Shown: positions 36,001 to 46,750 of the stretch, in pieces
How positions within the stretch are numbered: the first letter of the stretch is position 1
How the letters are laid out: every line of letters starts with the position of its first letter
Assembly: GCF_018977255.1 (NCBI RefSeq)
Contig: NW_024704742.1
Location: forward strand, 129,458,001 to 129,522,000
DNA length: 64,000 nucleotides
Direction of reading: 5' to 3'
Source: Callorhinchus milii
Lineage: Eukaryota
The notes under the pieces: model-generated
Seen by the model: the letters and a program-made list of their open reading frames with translations, nothing else
Database searches by the model: none
What the model was told of the DNA's origin: nothing
Translations under genes and position numbers: made by a program

Positions 36001-37979
36001 GTTCATTGTTACCTGACCTGGTAAAACGCACCACAAATTCCTCTGGGGGGGGGGAAATCAGATCTGTGATATAATAGAGATTTGCTGGACCACAACCGGA
36101 AAAGTATAGTGTGTGTTTGTGTGGACACGTTTGTGTATAAGAGAGACAAAGAAAGATATGGTTGAATTGTGGCTACAAGTATGCAATCTTTATCATCCCC
36201 CTGTACATGCAGACAGGATCTTGAGTTAACGTCTAATCCAAATAAAACCTCTGAAAAAGCAGAATCTCCCCAGGGATGCACTGCAAGGTCTTATAATAAT
36301 CCTTGCATTTGATACAGTGCCTTATCATGTCATTGGGACATCTCAAAGCACTTCACAGAATATACTTTAAAATGGATTGACTGTATATCTTGTGGACGAA
36401 ATGCGTCAACCAATTGTGCACAGCAGTGTCTCACAAACACTCATGGATTGAGTGACTAAAGTATTATAGTTTTTTGAAGGGTTATTATCCCCGGAAAGCA
36501 ATCAACTAACATCCGAGTTCCTACTTACTGCTAGATAAACAGAGGCGTGTGGAGTAAGGAAACCTGCCTAAGGTTTCGCCATGCCTAGGAATTGAACCCG
36601 TGTCCTCTTGCTTGCGAGGCGAGCGCTCTAACCAATACGCTACAGGACTCCACAAAGTCTTCCTAGACTATGAACAATAACATTTACAAGGTTGATTGTT
36701 CAAACTTGCTAAACTTACTTGATTCAGCAGCTGAGCTTGAGCCTTCTGACTCAATATTCCTTAAATCAAAATTGTTGTGCTGTGTAAAAACGAATGTATT
36801 CATTTGGGTTAAGCTCATGTCACTGCTTTTCTTCATTGCATCAGTGTTTGAGGCCTCGCGTTCAACTGAATTCTCAGAAACCAACATTTGAGTCACGGTG
36901 TTAGTTAAAGACTTCGTCAGTTTCTTTACAAATCCAATTTCTGGAGGCTCCTCATTTCCAACCTTGAGTAAGCAAGATATCCCAACATCCCCTCCTGCGT
37001 CGTTGGTCTGTTGGCTGAGACTGAGAAGGATCTGACCCCCAGATACAACAGAAAGGTCTTCACCAGGTCCATCTGTTTGCAAACCAGAAGCTGTCTCGAG
37101 ACTGCAGGCAGAGAAATTGATTTCCATCAGAGTAATGCAAATAAAACAACATCAACTTGCATTTATATGGCGCCCTCCATGCGGGGCCGTATCTTGGAGT
37201 GCTTTATAATAATCCTTGCATTTGATACAGCGCTTTATCACATCGCTGATACCCCACATGAAACAGTGTAGGACAGTTTCCCCCAACCCTTTAGGTCACT
37301 TGATAAACTCACTTCCTGGAGTGAAACAGAGCCATTCAGAGATGAAAGGTCAGTCTTCCATTGGCCTGTGCTGAGATACTGACATCAATCAGGGTAGCTG
37401 TGAGGAGCTCACAACTGACCTCTGTACCCAAGGCTAGATAGTAGATACAGCTTCTTATTCTCTATCCAGAGACCCCTCCTGGAGAGTCGGCATCGATTGA
37501 CGACAGGACTCAGCAACTAACATTCGTTACCTTATATTCATAGATGATAAATTGCCACTTGAGTATGATATTGAAAGGTGGTTATCCCTGGGAAAATGTG
37601 TTCTAGCAAAAGCAAACTCCTCCAGATGAGTAAAAAAAGGGAAACATTTATTTAAAATATAAATTGGCCGCAAATGTGCTTCTGTCCAATTTTAAAATTG
37701 AACATTCAGATCACGTGCCATGTTCTGAAACGTTAAACTTCTACTTAATGTGAAACCAAAATCAAACCACTCAAATGCAATTTTCATATAGTATTTTTAC
37801 TTATTTTTAAATGTGAATTCATTGAATTGCAAACTGATATGCCACATTTACCTAATCGATTTTTAGAACAAAACAACACAAATTTCCACAAACCTTTCTG
37901 AAAATTGATCACTCCCAGAGAACTGTTTGGTAACTTTGTTCGTGCTATCTTCTCCAGTACGGTCAATATTCACAGACAT
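13278..37979 (-). CDS. ACSBG2: ACSBG2-like (bubblegum) long-chain fatty acid-CoA ligase, divergent tandem copy A; 14 coding exons, ~811 aa
   Basis: Exons 37979-37894, 37101-36719, 32258-31975, 31268-31180, 29263-29143, 28068-27988, 26581-26432, 25374-25213, 24565-24384, 21440-21207, 20938-20721, 20092-19956, 19476-19230, 13339-13278 sum to 2436 nt with no internal stop. Motifs [54 protein letters not shown]. The first two exons rest on splice sites and phase only. Confidence 0.88.
14565..14996 (+). mobile_element. Solo LTR (432 bp) with 4-bp target-site duplication
   Basis: TGTT...AACA termini, GGTG duplicated at 14561-14564 and 14997-15000, AATAAA at 14911; interrupts the CR1 5'UTR. Confidence 0.78.
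15690..16045 (-). mobile_element. L2-clade 3' fragment nested in CR1 ORF1
   Basis: Closely similar to 41580-41930 and 63962-64000; (CAA)n tail on the plus strand. Confidence 0.82.
19230..19476 (-). CDS. ACSBG2: ACSBG copy A exon ([10 protein letters not shown]...DFSIYGGEL)
   Basis: TTCCAG| acceptor, G|GTAAGG donor, 247 nt. Confidence 0.93.
19956..20092 (-). CDS. ACSBG2: ACSBG copy A exon ([21 protein letters not shown]...LLTLK)
   Basis: CTCTAG| acceptor, AAG|GTAAGC donor, 137 nt versus 140 in copy B. Confidence 0.9.
20269..20606. mobile_element. Foldback/MITE-like element with ~105-bp terminal inverted repeats
   Basis: Arms 20270-20372 and 20502-20606 are imperfect reverse complements (GTCAGCCGG..GCTTAAGAGCA..ATGCATCCCACCTA..GAAATT). 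Related copies at ~19100-19182, ~35180-35535 and ~58820-59117. Confidence 0.8.
20721..20938 (-). CDS. ACSBG2: ACSBG copy A exon ([16 protein letters not shown]...HTGDLG...TGKIK)
   Basis: TCCAAG| acceptor, G|GTAATG donor, 218 nt. Confidence 0.94.
21207..21440 (-). CDS. ACSBG2: ACSBG copy A exon (GAAPIS...[11 protein letters not shown])
   Basis: TCTCAG| acceptor, AG|GTTTGT donor, 234 nt. Confidence 0.93.
21807..23300 (-). mobile_element. 5'-truncated L2-clade LINE
   Basis: [34 protein letters not shown]; (CAA)n tail. Confidence 0.9.
24384..24565 (-). CDS. ACSBG2: ACSBG copy A exon ([25 protein letters not shown]...)
   Basis: TTTCAG| acceptor, GG|GTAGGT donor, 182 nt. Confidence 0.9.
25213..25374 (-). 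CDS. ACSBG2: ACSBG copy A exon (ITWNAN...[11 protein letters not shown]...TYFANL)
   Basis: TTCTAG| acceptor; best phase-0 donor is TTG|GTAGGT, a few codons earlier than the usual QPDALK end. Confidence 0.85.
26432..26581 (-). CDS. ACSBG2: ACSBG copy A exon with AMP-binding P-loop ([18 protein letters not shown])
   Basis: TTCAAG| acceptor, AAT|GTAAGT donor, 150 nt. Confidence 0.94.
27988..28068 (-). CDS. ACSBG2: ACSBG copy A exon ([13 protein letters not shown]...KIYT)
   Basis: CTCTAG| acceptor, ACA|GTCAGT donor, 81 nt. Confidence 0.9.
29143..29263 (-). CDS. ACSBG2: ACSBG copy A exon ([12 protein letters not shown]...ANILVVEN...VLK)
   Basis: CTGCAG| acceptor, AAG|GTATGA donor, 121 nt. Confidence 0.92.
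30440..30918 (-). mobile_element. CR1 3' fragment
   Basis: [16 protein letters not shown]...[12 protein letters not shown]. Confidence 0.85.
31180..31268 (-). CDS. ACSBG2: ACSBG copy A exon ([30 protein letters not shown])
   Basis: TTACAG| acceptor, GG|GTAACG donor, 89 nt. Confidence 0.92.
31296..31683 (-). mobile_element. L2-clade 3' fragment
   Basis: PYLCDLL...[14 protein letters not shown]...[10 protein letters not shown]. Confidence 0.85.
31975..32258 (-). CDS. ACSBG2: ACSBG copy A exon (...[14 protein letters not shown]...TAKGFLK), GC donor
   Basis: CTTTAG| acceptor; donor AAG|GCAAGT. Confidence 0.88.
34055..34350 (-). mobile_element. tRNA-headed SINE (other long copies ~23775-24140, 27561-27810, 33010-33365, 36292-36652, 45114-45394)
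   Basis: Reverse complement of the 11213-11532 family. Confidence 0.85.
36719..37101 (-). CDS. ACSBG2: ACSBG copy A exon, Ser/Glu-rich N-terminal extension
   Basis: CCTGCAG| acceptor, A|GTAAGT donor, 383 nt open, phases 2 and 1 bridge the flanking exons. Confidence 0.65.
37894..37979 (-). CDS. ACSBG2: ACSBG copy A putative first coding exon ([12 protein letters not shown]...)
   Basis: Acceptor TTTTACAG| before 37996, GCCAAGATG context, donor AG|GTTTGT in phase 2, matching the next exon. Confidence 0.6.
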
Positions 37980-39461
37980 CTTGGCAACTTAACTCACTGT
38001 AAAACAAAACTCAAAAAAGCACAAAACTAGGTTTTGCACAAGATTAATCTTGGTTACAAATAGTTGATGCTACGACGTCCACACTCTCTGCCTTCCACCC
38101 TTTTGAGGTCAATAAATTACTTGTTTTAAAATGTACAGGGTGGAGTGGTTTGGTGAGTTAAAGAGAAGGGAAGCCAGTATTTGTGACTAGTCATTTTGTC
38201 TTCCACTCCGAGCAAAACATCTAAATACTGGTTATAAGCAAGTACCCATTTGTAACATTCAATCAGATATTTATATGTTCTCACACAGCACAGTTCTGCA
38301 CTGAAGTTCCCTTCCCTCGTTAACTTTCCCATTCTTTCCCTCGCCCCAAGTCCTGTGACAGCTATGCTTAGTTGTATAGGATTAATTCCAATTTACAGGA
38401 TCATGTTCCACAAAACTGGGCACTCATGAGATGCACCAGTATAATCGTTAACTCATGGTCCCAGTTCAACCCTGACTCCCCAGTCACCATCAAGGCAGCA
38501 TTAACCCTGGTTCAATTGGCAGTGAATTACCAGGAGCGATAATAATAATAATCCTTGCATTTGATATAGCGCTTTTCACGTCTTCTCGATGTCTCAAAGC
38601 GCTTCACGTAATAGGCTGTAAAGTAAATTGACCATATATTTGTGGGCGAAACGCGGCAGCCAATTGCATACAGCAGTGTGGATTGAAAATGACCAATTTA
38701 TTATTGTTTTGTTTTGGAGGGATTATTATTATGATAATAATAATTTGATATGCAAGGAGCAGAGAGCCCAGCAGAGTGAGGAGGGAACTGAATGAGGTGA
38801 AACAGAGTGAGAATTCTGCTGAGAGGAATTTGGTGAGAGTGGGAGTGCAGTGGGGAAAAGAGGTGCATAATTATAAAATATATCACATTTATATTAAAAT
38901 TATACAAAACATGTCTGGGAATATGGCAGGGCAGCTGAGACCGGTTCCATGCACAATGTATGCTATGTGGGAACTCCAGGAAGCTTTGTGTACCCTGGAC
39001 AAACACATATGTAGGAAGTGCCTCCGGCTGCTCAAGCTCAGGGTTTCTGAGTTCGAGGAGAGGCTGTTCTCATTATATAGTTTATGGGGCGCTAAAGAGT
39101 TCATGCATCGGACGTTTTAGGAAGTGGTTACCCCACAGCCACTAAAGGTTCAGAAAAAGAGTGAGTGGGTGACCACCCAGCATGATAGGAAGAGGGAACA
39201 GGCCCTGAAAGTGTGGCACTCACAAACGGGTCCACTGTACTGAATACCAGTGATGGTGATGACATCTCTGGAGGAGTCAAAAGCAAATGCATGCACAGAG
39301 GGATTATTATTGGGCGTATGGAGTAAGGAAACTTGCTCGAGGTTTCGCCCTGTCTGGAATTGAACCCAGGTCTCTTGCTTGCCAGGCAAGTGCTCTAATA
39401 AGTGAGCTACAGTGCAGAAACTTGGTGCAGAAAGGAGGGCTTCAGGTTCCTGGAACATTTG

Positions 39462-40630
39462 ACCATAATCTAACCCAATTCCATTTACCCGCCCTATCAC
39501 CATATTCCTTAATCCCTCTATCCTTTAGAAATCTATCAACCTCAGTCTTGAATATGTTCAAAGACTGAGCATCCACAGCCTTCTCGGGTAGAGAATTTCA
39601 CAAATTCACTAACCTCTGAAGAATGTTTCAACTCAGTTCGAAAAGGCTGACCCTTAATCTTGGCATTAGCATGGCATTAGCCTTCCTAGTTGCTTGCTGT
39701 ACCTGCATACTAACTTTTTGTAACTGGTGTACAAGGACACCCAAATCCCTCTGAACACTAACACTACCTAGTCTCTCCCCCTCTAGAAAATAATCCCCTT
39801 TTCTATTTTTATTACCTCGGTGAATATCTTCACACTTCCCCACGTTATACTCCATCTGCCACCTTCTTGTCCTCTCACGTAGCCTATCTATTTCCCTTTG
39901 CATTCTTTGTGTGTCATCCTCACAGCTTATTCTCCCACCCATCTTCATATCATCCGCAAATTTAGATACGTTAAGTTTTACTTCCTCATCTAAATCATTG
40001 ATAAAGACTAAATAATTGAGGTCTAAGCACTGATCCTTGTGGCACTCTGCTAGTCACATCCTGCCAATCTGAGAAGGACCCGTTCATCCCCACTCTCTGT
40101 TTTCTTCCTGTTAGCCACTCTCCAATCCATGCTAATATATTACCTTTAATTCCATGGGCTCTAATCTTATGCAACAGCCTTTTATGTGGCACCTTGTCAA
40201 ATGCCTCCTGGAAATCCAAATACACCACATCTACTGGTTCCCCCCTATCTAACCTATGAGTTACATTCTCAAAAAACTCTAAAAGATTTGTTAAACATGA
40301 TTTTCTTTCGTAAAGCCATGTTGACTCTGTCTAATCTAATTGTGATTTTCTAAATATCTCACGATGACGTCCCTATTTAAGGACTCTAGAATTTTTCCTA
40401 CTACCGATGTCAGACTGACTGGTCTATAGTTCCCCATTTTTTGTCTCCCACCCTTCTTGAATAGCGGTGTTACATTTGCAACCTTTCAATCAATGAGAAC
40501 CATTCCAGAACACAGGGAATTTGAAAGATCGAAAACAAAACATCCTCTATCTCTGCAGCTACCACTTTTAAAACCCTAGGTTGCAGGCCATCAGGTCCAG
40601 GGGTTTTATTGGTTTTTAATCCTATCAATG
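39462..40630 (-). mobile_element. CR1 RT fragment inserted antisense in the older CR1
   Basis: VYLDFQEAFDKVPH, VPQGSVL; close to the 48-52 kb element. Confidence 0.85.
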
Positions 40631-41574
40631 CCCTTTCAGGGAAGTTAATTAGTGCTGTGAGGCAGGGTTTAACCTAATTTTGAGGGGGGAAGGGAATCAG
40701 GATGTAACATCAGAGAGGAGAAACAAGTTGCATAAAGGGCTGGGAGAGAGGAATAGCAATACAATAAAGAGTAGTCCAGAAAAAGGAGGGATTAGACGGG
40801 GGAGAAATGCGGAACAGACTCAGTCAGTCTTGGAGTACAGGTGCGTAAACCACAGAGTGTGACAAATAAGACTGGTGAGCTGCAGGACATGGGTTTATGG
40901 TGTAGTGACAATAACGGAGACTTGGCTAAAACAAGAGCAGGAATAGGAACTTAATATTCCTGGCTACAATGTATTCAGGAGGGATAGGGAAGAAAAAAAG
41001 AGGGGGTGGGGGTGGCAATATTGATTAAAGACACAGTTAAGGACCTGGAAAGGGACGATGTGCTCAGGGTTCAAAAACAGAATCTGCTTGGTTAGAGTTA
41101 AGGAGCAGAACAGGAGCTGTTACTCTGTTAGGTGTATACTATAGACCACCAAATAGTGGGGATGAGATAGATGAGATCTGCAAGCAGATTTCAGAAAGAT
41201 GCAAAACCAATAGGGTAGTCATAATGGAGGACTTCAATTATCCTAACATAGACTGGCAAAATAACAGTGTAAAGGGGAAGGATTCTTGAAATGTGTGCAG
41301 GATAACTTTCTGGGTCTGTATGTTTCCAGCCCAACAAGGAAGGAAGCAGTGCTGGATGTAGTTCTGGGGAGTGAAGTGGGGCAAATGGAGCAGGTTTCCG
41401 TAGAAGAGCATGTGGACAACAGTGATCACAACATCCTTAGGTTTAGAGTACTTATGGAAAGGGACAAGGAGCAATCAAAGGTGAAGATACTCAACTGCAA
41501 GAGAGCTAATTTCAGTAAGTTAAAAAGGGACCTAGCCAAGGTGGACTGGAAACAAAGATTGGAAGATAAAACAG

Positions 41575-43980
41575 CTACAACAACAACAACTTGGATTCAT
41601 ATAATGCCCTCCACACAGGATAGCGTCTCAGAGCGCTTTACAGTTTCGTATCCTGGGACCGAGCCAGGGGGAGGGGATGGAAGATGACCAAAGGCGCGGT
41701 CGAAAGGAAAGGTCTTCAGCAGAGACCTGAAAATGGGAAGGGTGGGAGCGAGACGAAGGGAGTGAGGAAGGCAGTTCCAGAGCCTTGGGGCATAGTGGTG
41801 GAAGGCACAGCCACCGAGGGTGGAGCGGAGGACTCGGGGACAAGCAGGAGGCCAGACCAGGAGGAACGAAGGTAACTGGTGCTGTTTTGAGGAGAGAGGA
41901 AGTCAGAGAGGCAGGGGGGTGCAGAGGAGTGCAGGGACTTGAATACGAGGGTGAGCATCTTGAAGTCGATCCTCTCTGGGATAGGCAGCCAGTGCAGACT
42001 GGCAAGGACTGGGGTGATCGGGAAGCGGAGTTTCGTGCGGGTGAAAATGCGGGCGGCAGAGTTCTGAATGAGTTGGATTTTATGGATGTTAGTGGATAGG
42101 AGACTGGCGAGGAGGGCATTGGAGTAGTCCAGCCAAGAGGTAACAAAGGCATGGACCAGGGTTTCAGCGGCTTTTGGGGAGAGGTATTGGCGGAGTCGGG
42201 CGATGCGACGGAGGTGGAAAAAGGCGGTGCTGGTGAGGGACCGGATGTGGGGGAGGAAGGTTAATCGGGGGTCGAACCTGATGCCTAGGTTGCGTACGGG
42301 TTCGGAGAGTTTTAAGGGAGGTTGCGTAGGCGGAGGAGATGAGAATCATGAGATTTTAGACGTTGACGAGAGCCGAAGAGTATGGCTTCTGATTCAATGT
42401 TCAATGTTCAGCTGAAGGAAGTTTGCACACATCCAGCCCCTGAGATCTGACAGGCAGGCTGACAGAACATCAGGGGACTGGGGGTCACAAAGAGAGGTGG
42501 AAAAGTAGAGTTGGGTGTCATCTGCATACATGTGGAAATGTACCCCATGTCTGCGGATGACATCCCCAAGAGTTAACATGTAGATCAGAAAGAGGAGTGG
42601 GCCAAGGATGGATCCTTAGGGTACCCCACAGGTGATCGGGTGAGAGCGGAAGGAGAAGCCGTTTATGCAGATGTACTGCTGGCGGTTTGTGAGTTAGGAC
42701 TCGAACCAGGCGAGTGCGGTCCCACTGAAGTGGATGACAGAAGAAAGGCAGTGGAGGAGGATGGCGTGATCGACTGTGTTGAAAGCAGCAGAGAGGGCCA
42801 GTAGGACAAGGAGGCAGATGGAGCTCTGTTCACTGATGGAGAGGATGTTGTTTGTGACTTTCACAAGCGCAGTCTCTGTACTGTGGCAGGGCGGAAACCA
42901 GACTGGAGGGGTTTGAAGAGGGAGTGGGAGGAGAGGTGTATGTGAGTTGGTTGGCCCCAACCCTTTCTAGAGCTTTTGAGAGGAAGGGCAGGTTAGAAAT
43001 AGGGCGGTAATGGCTGGGGTTTGAGAGATCTAGGGTGAGTTTTTTCAGGAGGGGAGCGATGACAGCAGTTTTGAGAGAGGCAGGGACTGATCCAAAAGAG
43101 AGGGACTGGTTGATGACGTCAGCCAGTAGTGGGCATAGGAGGGGGAGTTGTGTGACCAGTAAGTTGGTGGGGAGGGGGTCGAGGCAGCAGGTGGTGGGTT
43201 TCATGGAGGTGATGGTGGGTGAGAGGGAGAAGGGAGAGATGGGGAGGAAAGAGTGTAGAAAGGAGGTAGTGGTAGGAGTAGATGATGAGGAAGGTGAAGG
43301 AGGCAGAGAGGATGTGGTGGTGGATGACAAGGGGCAGCTGGATGAGGCTGCCTGGCGGATGTTGAGTATTTTAACAGAAAAGAAGTGCATGACCTCCTCG
43401 CACTTGGCATTTGATGTGAAAATTGAGGAGGACTGAGGGGGAGCACGGAGGAAGTAGTGGGTGGTGGAAAAAAGGATTTTGGGATTGTTTTTGGCCTCCA
43501 AGATGATGTTGGAGTAAAAGGCCATTTTTGCACGTCAAAGAACGATGGTAGCTGTGGAGATGCTCGAGCGACCATTGGCGGTGAACTGACAGACCAGTTT
43601 TCCACCATCTGCGTTCAAGCAGACAGGTTTGGGTTTTTTGGCGGCGGAGATGGTTGTTGTACCAGGGGGAGCGGGTGGGCTTGGAATTGGTCCTGGATTT
43701 TAGGGGGACGAGGGAGTTGAAAGTGGAGGACAGGCAATCATGGAGCAGCTGGACGGCTGCTTCAGGATCTCCATGGGTGGAAGGCCAGACGATAGGATGT
43801 CTGATGATGAGAGGGCCTTTGTGAGGGTCTCAGGAGGTAGCCTTTTCCAAGGGCGGTAGAGGATGGTTGAGGGCTTGGTGGAGGAGAGAGGCCTGTGAGA
43901 GGAGAAGGAGATGAGGAAGTGGTCCGAGATGGCCTTGTCCACTATGCTGAGGTCAGAAATGTCAAGGCTGTGGGCGTCAA
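41575..43980 (-). mobile_element. Long L2-clade LINE fragment (APE end, RT, 3' tail) nested in CR1
   Basis: [36 protein letters not shown]. Confidence 0.9.
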
Positions 43981-46177
43981 TGTCAATGGGAAATGTCAAG
44001 CCAATGCCACAATAACGGAGGAGAGGGGAGAGAAATTGGATAAGATAAGAATAAACCAAGAGGTTAAAATAAAAGGTTATTGGTGTTCAAGGTAGATAAG
44101 TCACCCGGGTCTGGACAGGATGCATCCTAGGTTACTGAGGGAAGTAAGAGTGGAAATAGAGGAGGTTCTGGCCACCATCTTTCAACCTTTTTGGACACCG
44201 GGGTGGTGCCAGAGGACTGGAGGATTGCAAATGTTACTCCCCTGTACAAAAAGGGGCAGAAGGATAAACCCGGGAACGACAGGCCAGTCAGCCAAATGTC
44301 AATAGTGGGGAAACTTCTAGAGACTATAATCCGGGAAAAAATACATTTTCACTTAGAAAAATATGGGTTAATAAAGGACAGCCAACACAGATTTGTTAAA
44401 GGCAAATCATATCTAACAAACTTGATAGAGTTTTTTGATGAAGTAACAGAGAGGGTGGATGAAGGTAGTGCAGTTGATGTAGTTCAGATTTTCAAAAGAC
44501 GTTTGATACAGCGCCACATAAGAGATTTGTAAGCAAAATAGAAACCCATGATATTAAAGGGATAGTGGCAGCATGGATACAGAACTGGCTCAGAGACAGA
44601 AAGCAGAGAGTGGTGGTGAACTTGGGACAGCGCCTTGGGACGTCCTCCCAACGTGAAATGTGTTCTATAAATGTAATTTTGTTGTTGTTGTTGAATGGTT
44701 GTTTTTCTGACTGGAGGGAAGTGTGCAGTGGTGTCCCACAGGAATCAGTATTGGGACACTGCTCTTTTTGATCTTTATAAATAACCTGGATTTGGGTATA
44801 GGGAGTACAATTTCCAAGTTTGCAGATGATACTAAGCTAGGAAAAGTAGTAAACAATGAGAAGGATAGTAGCAGACTGCAAGAGGACATAGACAGACTGG
44901 TAAAATGGACAAATTGCTGATGAAGTTTACTGTGGAGAAATGCAAAGTGATGCATTTTGGGAGGAATAATGAGGAGAGGCCATATAAGCTGATGGTACAA
45001 TCTTAAAGTGGATGAAGAAACAGAGAGACCTGGGGCTTCATATAAGTAAATTTTTGAAGGTGACAGGATAGGTAGATAAAGCTGTTAAAAAAGCCTACGG
45101 GATACTAGACTTTATAATAATAATAATAATCCTTGTATTTGATATAGCGCTTTTCATGTCTTCTCGACCTCTCAAAGATCTTCACAGAATATGCTATGAA
45201 GTGATTTAACCGTATATTTGTGGGCGAAACACGGCAGCCAATTGCGCACAGCAGTGTCCCAAAAAACAGTCGTGGATTGAAAATGAAAACAATTTTATTA
45301 TTGTTTTGTTTTGGAGAGATTATCATTAGGCGTGTGGAGTAAGGAAACTTGCCCAAGGTTTCGCACTGCCTGGAATTGAACCCAGGTGTCTCGCTAAGGA
45401 CATAGAATACAAAGGTCAGGAAGCTATGATGAACCTTTATAAAACACTGGTTAGGCCTCAGCTAGAGATGGTATTCAGTTCTGGGCACCACACTTTAGGA
45501 AGGATGTCAAGGCATTGGGGAGGGTGCAAAGGAGATTTACCAGGATGGTACCAGGAATGAGGGGCTTCAGTTATCAGGCAAGGCTAGAGAAGAGAAGCTA
45601 GGATTATTCTCCTTGGAGCAGAGAACGTTAAGAGGAGTCTTAATAGAAGTATTCAAAATTATGAGGGGACTCGATAGGGTGGATGAGAAACTATTTCCAC
45701 TGGCAGGTGGGTCGGTAACCCGAGGACATCGATTTAAAATAGTTGTTGAAAGAAACAGAGGGAAGATGAGGAGAAATGTTTTTACACAGCGAGTTGTTCG
45801 GATCTGGAATGCATTGCCTGAAAAGGGGGGTGGAAGCTGATTCAATAACAACTTTTAAGAGACACGTGCATAAGTATTTGGGGAGGACACATTTGCAGGG
45901 CTCTGGGGAGAGAGCGGGGTAGTGGGATTGATTTGGATAGCTCTTTTCAAAGAGCCAGCACAGACAAGATGCACCAATGGCCTCCATCTGTGCTGTATAA
46001 TTCTATGATTCTATACAGTACCTTATCACATCTTTGTGATGTCGCAAAGCTCTTCACAGAATATATTGTAACAATATATTAATTATATATAATGTAATAT
46101 ATTATAAATTCCACAATCTATTATTACAGTTTAAATGATTCCGCAGAGGCAGTTTCCATGTAGTTTTCAGTGATGGG

Positions 46178-46750
46178 TCAGCCAGACCAACAACACTGCC
46201 ACATTACATATGAATGGATGTTACTTTTTAGCATATTTGAGCTTCCTAAAATAGCAACTTTTTGCAAGAGGTTAATATTTTGTTCACCAGATATTATGTC
46301 AAGCCATTTCTGAATAGTCTTGTTAAAAGTCTTAGTTGCTCCAATGATTGTAGGAACTATGTTTTGTATTGCACTTAGGTCCGCATTCAATTTGAGGATC
46401 AATATACTGTATTTCCTGATCTTCTCCAGTTCCTCATTTCTTAAGTTGCAATCAGTTTGGATAGCCACATCAATAACACTGCATGTACAATCTAATCATT
46501 ATTATTATTGGTATTCCATGTCAACTGTAATATTATGAGCTCCTTAATCATGCTAGCCTTTGGATTGTAGAATTAAAATCCTTGATCAATTGGAACCTGC
46601 AGTTAAGGTGATCTCCTGCATCACAACCGGGTGACTCCTGTGAAGTAGATTGGATAATGAAGTGTCTCTTCTCTATAGCAATGCTCAGGTGTCTGTGTGG
46701 AAGTGTGTAGTAAGAGTAGAGGAAAGGAATTTCTGATATTATGTGTGCAC
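46178..46750 (-). mobile_element. Remnant of an R4/Dong-like (restriction-like endonuclease) non-LTR retrotransposon 3' end
   Basis: VIDVAIQTDCNLRNEELEKIRKY...IVPTIIGA...LLQKVAILGSSNMLK resembles the RLE C-terminus consensus IDxAxP..EKxxKY..VPxxIGA..LQKxAxLGT. Confidence 0.62.

Larger units (their letters stand above)
38755..46012 (+). mobile_element. Decayed full-length CR1 with multiple nested insertions
   Basis: 5'UTR motif at 38760-38850; ORF1 zinc-finger MAGQLRPVPCTMYAMWE..CRKC; ORF1 end and ORF2 APE at 40631-41575; RT at 44060-45900; 3' (ATTCTATG)n end at ~46000-46012. Confidence 0.85.
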
